DNA from: Oligoflexia bacterium
GTDB taxonomy: Bacteria; Bdellovibrionota; UBA1018
Length of the DNA stretch: 64,000 bases
Reading direction: 5' to 3'
NCBI GenBank assembly: GCA_963758495.1
Contig: CAVWVI010000003.1
Location: forward strand, 640,001-704,000
The notes under the pieces are model-generated. The model saw only the letters and a program-made list of their open reading frames with translations. It ran no database searches and had not been told where the DNA came from. A program made the position numbers and the translations under genes. Shown here piece after piece: positions 61,205-64,000 of this stretch. The stretch's first letter is position 1. Each line of letters opens with the position of its first letter.

Positions 61205-61438
61205 ATGAATAATTTAATACATAGAACTCCGTCAATAGGGGGCATTATCAAGAAGGTCATGGCGATCAATCCTGAACTGACCGTCCAAGACATGATTGAT
61301 CTTATTAAACAATCCGTCCTGGCTCAAGGTGCCGTGGCAAATGAATTCTCTACAGCTCAGGTAATTGATGAGGCAAAAGTCTTAAAACTTGCTCAAGCAA
61401 CGACTCAAAACAAAATCAAACAGGCGGTATCTATATGA
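61205..61438 (+). CDS. Small hypothetical protein resembling the C-terminal helices of subtilases
   Basis: KVMAINPELTVQDMIDLIKQS; GAGGA RBS. Confidence 0.55.
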   Translation: MNNLIHRTPSIGGIIKKVMAINPELTVQDMIDLIKQSVLAQGAVANEFSTAQVIDEAKVLKLAQATTQNKIKQAVSI

Positions 61439-61716
61439 TAACAAATCTAGACGTACCAAAAAACTGCTTTAGAGTGACACTTACATTACCTACTCCACGC
61501 TCCCGAATTGATCAAATTCTGCTCGAGGAACTCAGAAAACAAAATCGTAACTTAGTATTAAAAAGGATATCTCGTACTGAATTCAAGGAACTCTTCAAGA
61601 AAAAGAGAATTCGAATTAAAGGACAACCTGCGACTCCCTCCTCATCCCTTGCTCAAGGCACGACCTTTGTAGATATCGTCGGCTTTGAGGATACAAATAC
61701 TGAAAAAACCAAATAA
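61435..61716 (+). CDS. Small basic S4-like RNA-binding protein
   Basis: RIDQIL...ISRTEFKELFKKKRIRIKGQ pattern. Confidence 0.55.
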   Translation: MITNLDVPKNCFRVTLTLPTPRSRIDQILLEELRKQNRNLVLKRISRTEFKELFKKKRIRIKGQPATPSSSLAQGTTFVDIVGFEDTNTEKTK

Positions 61717-61775
61717 GGTGGCTTCGATCCCCTTCTTACTTGCAAGTCTTTTAAAAAAATTCTAAAAATTAAAGA

Positions 61776-62156
61776 GTGAAAATTAAATTAACGATACTTT
61801 TTCTTCTTCTTTTATTAATCTCTTCAGCTTTTATAGCTGTACGATACTATAGTTATGTTTTCTCACGAGAGATTAAAGGAGAAATTGCTGGAATCGATCG
61901 AGTAACCCAGCTCGAAACTCTTATCGGAACAACTTCTAAAATCCCAGCATCACAAATGTTTTCTTACGCGGTTGCAATTAGAACTCCTCAAGGCGAAATT
62001 ATCACTGCGAGTAGTGAAGATCGCCAATGGGCTGTGGCAGAAAAAGGTCAATGCGTAGAAGCTAAATTCTTTCCTTATCCACCCTGGGAACTCGACAAAG
62101 CAGGCACGTATCATGGTGCTCGCCTTATGAAACTTTTTGACTGTCTGAAAAAATAA
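61776..62156 (+). CDS. Membrane-anchored hypothetical protein
   Basis: N-terminal TM; ORF of 126 aa. Confidence 0.65.
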   Translation: MKIKLTILFLLLLLISSAFIAVRYYSYVFSREIKGEIAGIDRVTQLETLIGTTSKIPASQMFSYAVAIRTPQGEIITASSEDRQWAVAEKGQCVEAKFFPYPPWELDKAGTYHGARLMKLFDCLKK

Positions 62157-62334
62157 TAACTTAAGAACCCACTTTCACTACTGACTCAATTAAAATACAA
62201 CCCAACAGTGTTATTTCAAGGTTAAATGTTATTAGTTAATATCCTATTGAATATTAATGGAAAAAATCTATGTAATTTTAACAAGGGACAACAATATTTA
62301 CAACTTCAATATTACTCATATATAATAATACTAA

Positions 62335-64000
62335 ATGAACAAGCTTACCTACATTGGTCTACTGGCTTTATCCCTACTTTTTCCAAACAGGTCCTACTCT
62401 AATAATAATCCTAATGATAATAATGATATTTTACGCAGTACCGTAATGATTTATAATGACATTTCAGGTGAAAGTAATTTTAAAGACCTAATCATTAACA
62501 ACTCTGAAGCAACCATCAGAGTACTGGAGTCAATTCAAAATAACTATAATAATAATTTAGAAAACACCTCACTTTCTTTAGCTATCGAAGACTATAAGCA
62601 AAGCATTCAAAAACACGATCCCGACTCAGTGATAACGACAAATTACATTTCGATGTTAAATAACATTCATAATAACCAGAATGAGAATCAAGCCAATTTG
62701 CCCCATCTCATTGACTTAGCAAACACTTACAAAAATGAATTGATTAAATCTAGCACAAAAAACAAAAAAAATCCTTCAACCGAATTTGAAAATCAACTCA
62801 CGCCAGCAAAAGCTTACTTGAACATGGTAAGAGTCTCTCATAATGATCTCGTAAAAAACAATAATAGCACTCCGGTTACTCACGCATCGGAAGAATTTTT
62901 GAGAGCGTGCGAAGAGTGGGTTAACAATCTAAGTGCGGATTATAATCATCATAACAGTATCCATACTGCATACAAGAACATGGCAGATAAACATGCTCAA
63001 TACATGAACAGTATTGCTATATTAATAAAAAATAAAGCAGAAGAAACACGACTCATTGACGATATAGACCATATCAATGCTATCGTCTCTAATGATCCAA
63101 ATTCTTTCAATAAACAAATAGAACTTACTAATATTTGTCGCACGTCTAAGAAGTACTCAAAAAATTTTAAAATTAAATTTAAAAATGAAAACCATTCTGA
63201 AGTATTTGACAAAATAAACCAAGAGTTTGCTCAAAGCATTTACGATAGTTATAAGAAAATACCTAGATCTTCTCTTATAAAAATATATGAAGAAGATAAA
63301 ATATCTAAACCAAATAAATTTTACAAAGAAGATGGAAATATTTTAAGAATAAATATTCAGCCACAAAACCAAAGACCAACTGCCGTTAAAATAATTAGAC
63401 CCAATTCTTATGATGGCCCAAAAACTAAAGACTTTCATGATCGCCTAAATATAATTGCAAAAACTGCTGAAGATTATTTAAATAATACTAAATCTACCAA
63501 CATAAACGACCCTGTTAATTACGATAAGGAAAAACATGAAATATTTAAACTTTTAAAATTTTATGGAAAGCAAATAGATATTAATGCAAACCTAAATTGG
63601 GCTAAAGTTAATCAAGAGATGGAATCAGGAATAAGAAAAGAATTTAATGAAAAATTTAAGAATGGGAAAAAAATTATACAAGATTTTACAAAGAATATAT
63701 CAACTATACTCTCCGAAGCAACCAGAACCGCTGAAAAGCCCTTCAAAGGGGGGTCCGACTTTGAAGAATATGAAGGTATTTATACTTCAAAGATAGGAAG
63801 ACCTAATCTTTTTAATATTTATGAAATCACATCTAACAATAGAACATCGCAATTTATTAGCGCCCAACGACCATTTGAGAAACTGTCTAACTCTTCAGTT
63901 CAAACTAGCGTAGTAAGAAATCAAAATGGATTATCAAATGCTGTAGAAACTTCCTTTTATCGTATAGACCAAAAACAGAAAGTAATTCCTCTTTTTTCCG
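62335..64000 (+). CDS. Large Asn/Lys-rich secreted hypothetical protein, running off the window end (absent from the ORF track)
   Basis: ATG at 62335 (MNKLTYIGLLALSLLFPNRSYS...), frame open to 64000 by my reading. Confidence 0.8.
   Translation, partial: MNKLTYIGLLALSLLFPNRSYSNNNPNDNNDILRSTVMIYNDISGESNFKDLIINNSEATIRVLESIQNNYNNNLENTSLSLAIEDYKQSIQKHDPDSVITTNYISMLNNIHNNQNENQANLPHLIDLANTYKNELIKSSTKNKKNPSTEFENQLTPAKAYLNMVRVSHNDLVKNNNSTPVTHASEEFLRACEEWVNNLSADYNHHNSIHTAYKNMADKHAQYMNSIAILIKNKAEETRLIDDIDHINAIVSNDPNSFNKQIELTNICRTSKKYSKNFKIKFKNENHSEVFDKINQEFAQSIYDSYKKIPRSSLIKIYEEDKISKPNKFYKEDGNILRINIQPQNQRPTAVKIIRPNSYDGPKTKDFHDRLNIIAKTAEDYLNNTKSTNINDPVNYDKEKHEIFKLLKFYGKQIDINANLNWAKVNQEMESGIRKEFNEKFKNGKKIIQDFTKNISTILSEATRTAEKPFKGGSDFEEYEGIYTSKIGRPNLFNIYEITSNNRTSQFISAQRPFEKLSNSSVQTSVVRNQNGLSNAVETSFYRIDQKQKVIPLFS

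Noticed and set aside
62997..63212. 71-aa minus-strand ORF
   Set aside because: Antisense shadow of the long plus-strand ORF starting at 62335

Overview
AT-rich bacterial chromosome segment. Its gene content suggests a Bdellovibrionota/Oligoflexia-like organism (inference from the Agl-Glt-type operon and the many signal-peptide hypotheticals). Housekeeping blocks include lon, two CNNM/CBS proteins, CheY- and CheC-like genes, HU, cyclophilin, Nudix, ALDH, CtaA, DedA, acyl-CoA dehydrogenase, apaG, a DEDDh exonuclease, Smr, a subtilase, astB and dbpA. Accessory DNA includes: a decayed region around tRNA-Thr(CGT) (degenerate VapC with an antitoxin remnant, a catalytically degenerate tyrosine recombinase, a Fic protein); a GH81 beta-1,3-glucanase with Pro-Thr linkers and tandem CBM56-like modules; a ~14 kb Agl-Glt/Tol-Exb-like envelope operon with VWA-type proteins near both ends; and signal-peptide-bearing PLD, Clp-type AAA+ and PI3/4-kinase-like enzymes. 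The most striking unannotated signal is a dispersed family of palindromic miniature elements with GTAAG...CTTAC ends. It occurs as 101-, 36- and 24-nt forms in six copies (five with 8-bp target-site duplications), plus a divergent 76-nt relative. One copy sits in frame inside the CheC-like gene and adds 36 amino acids.
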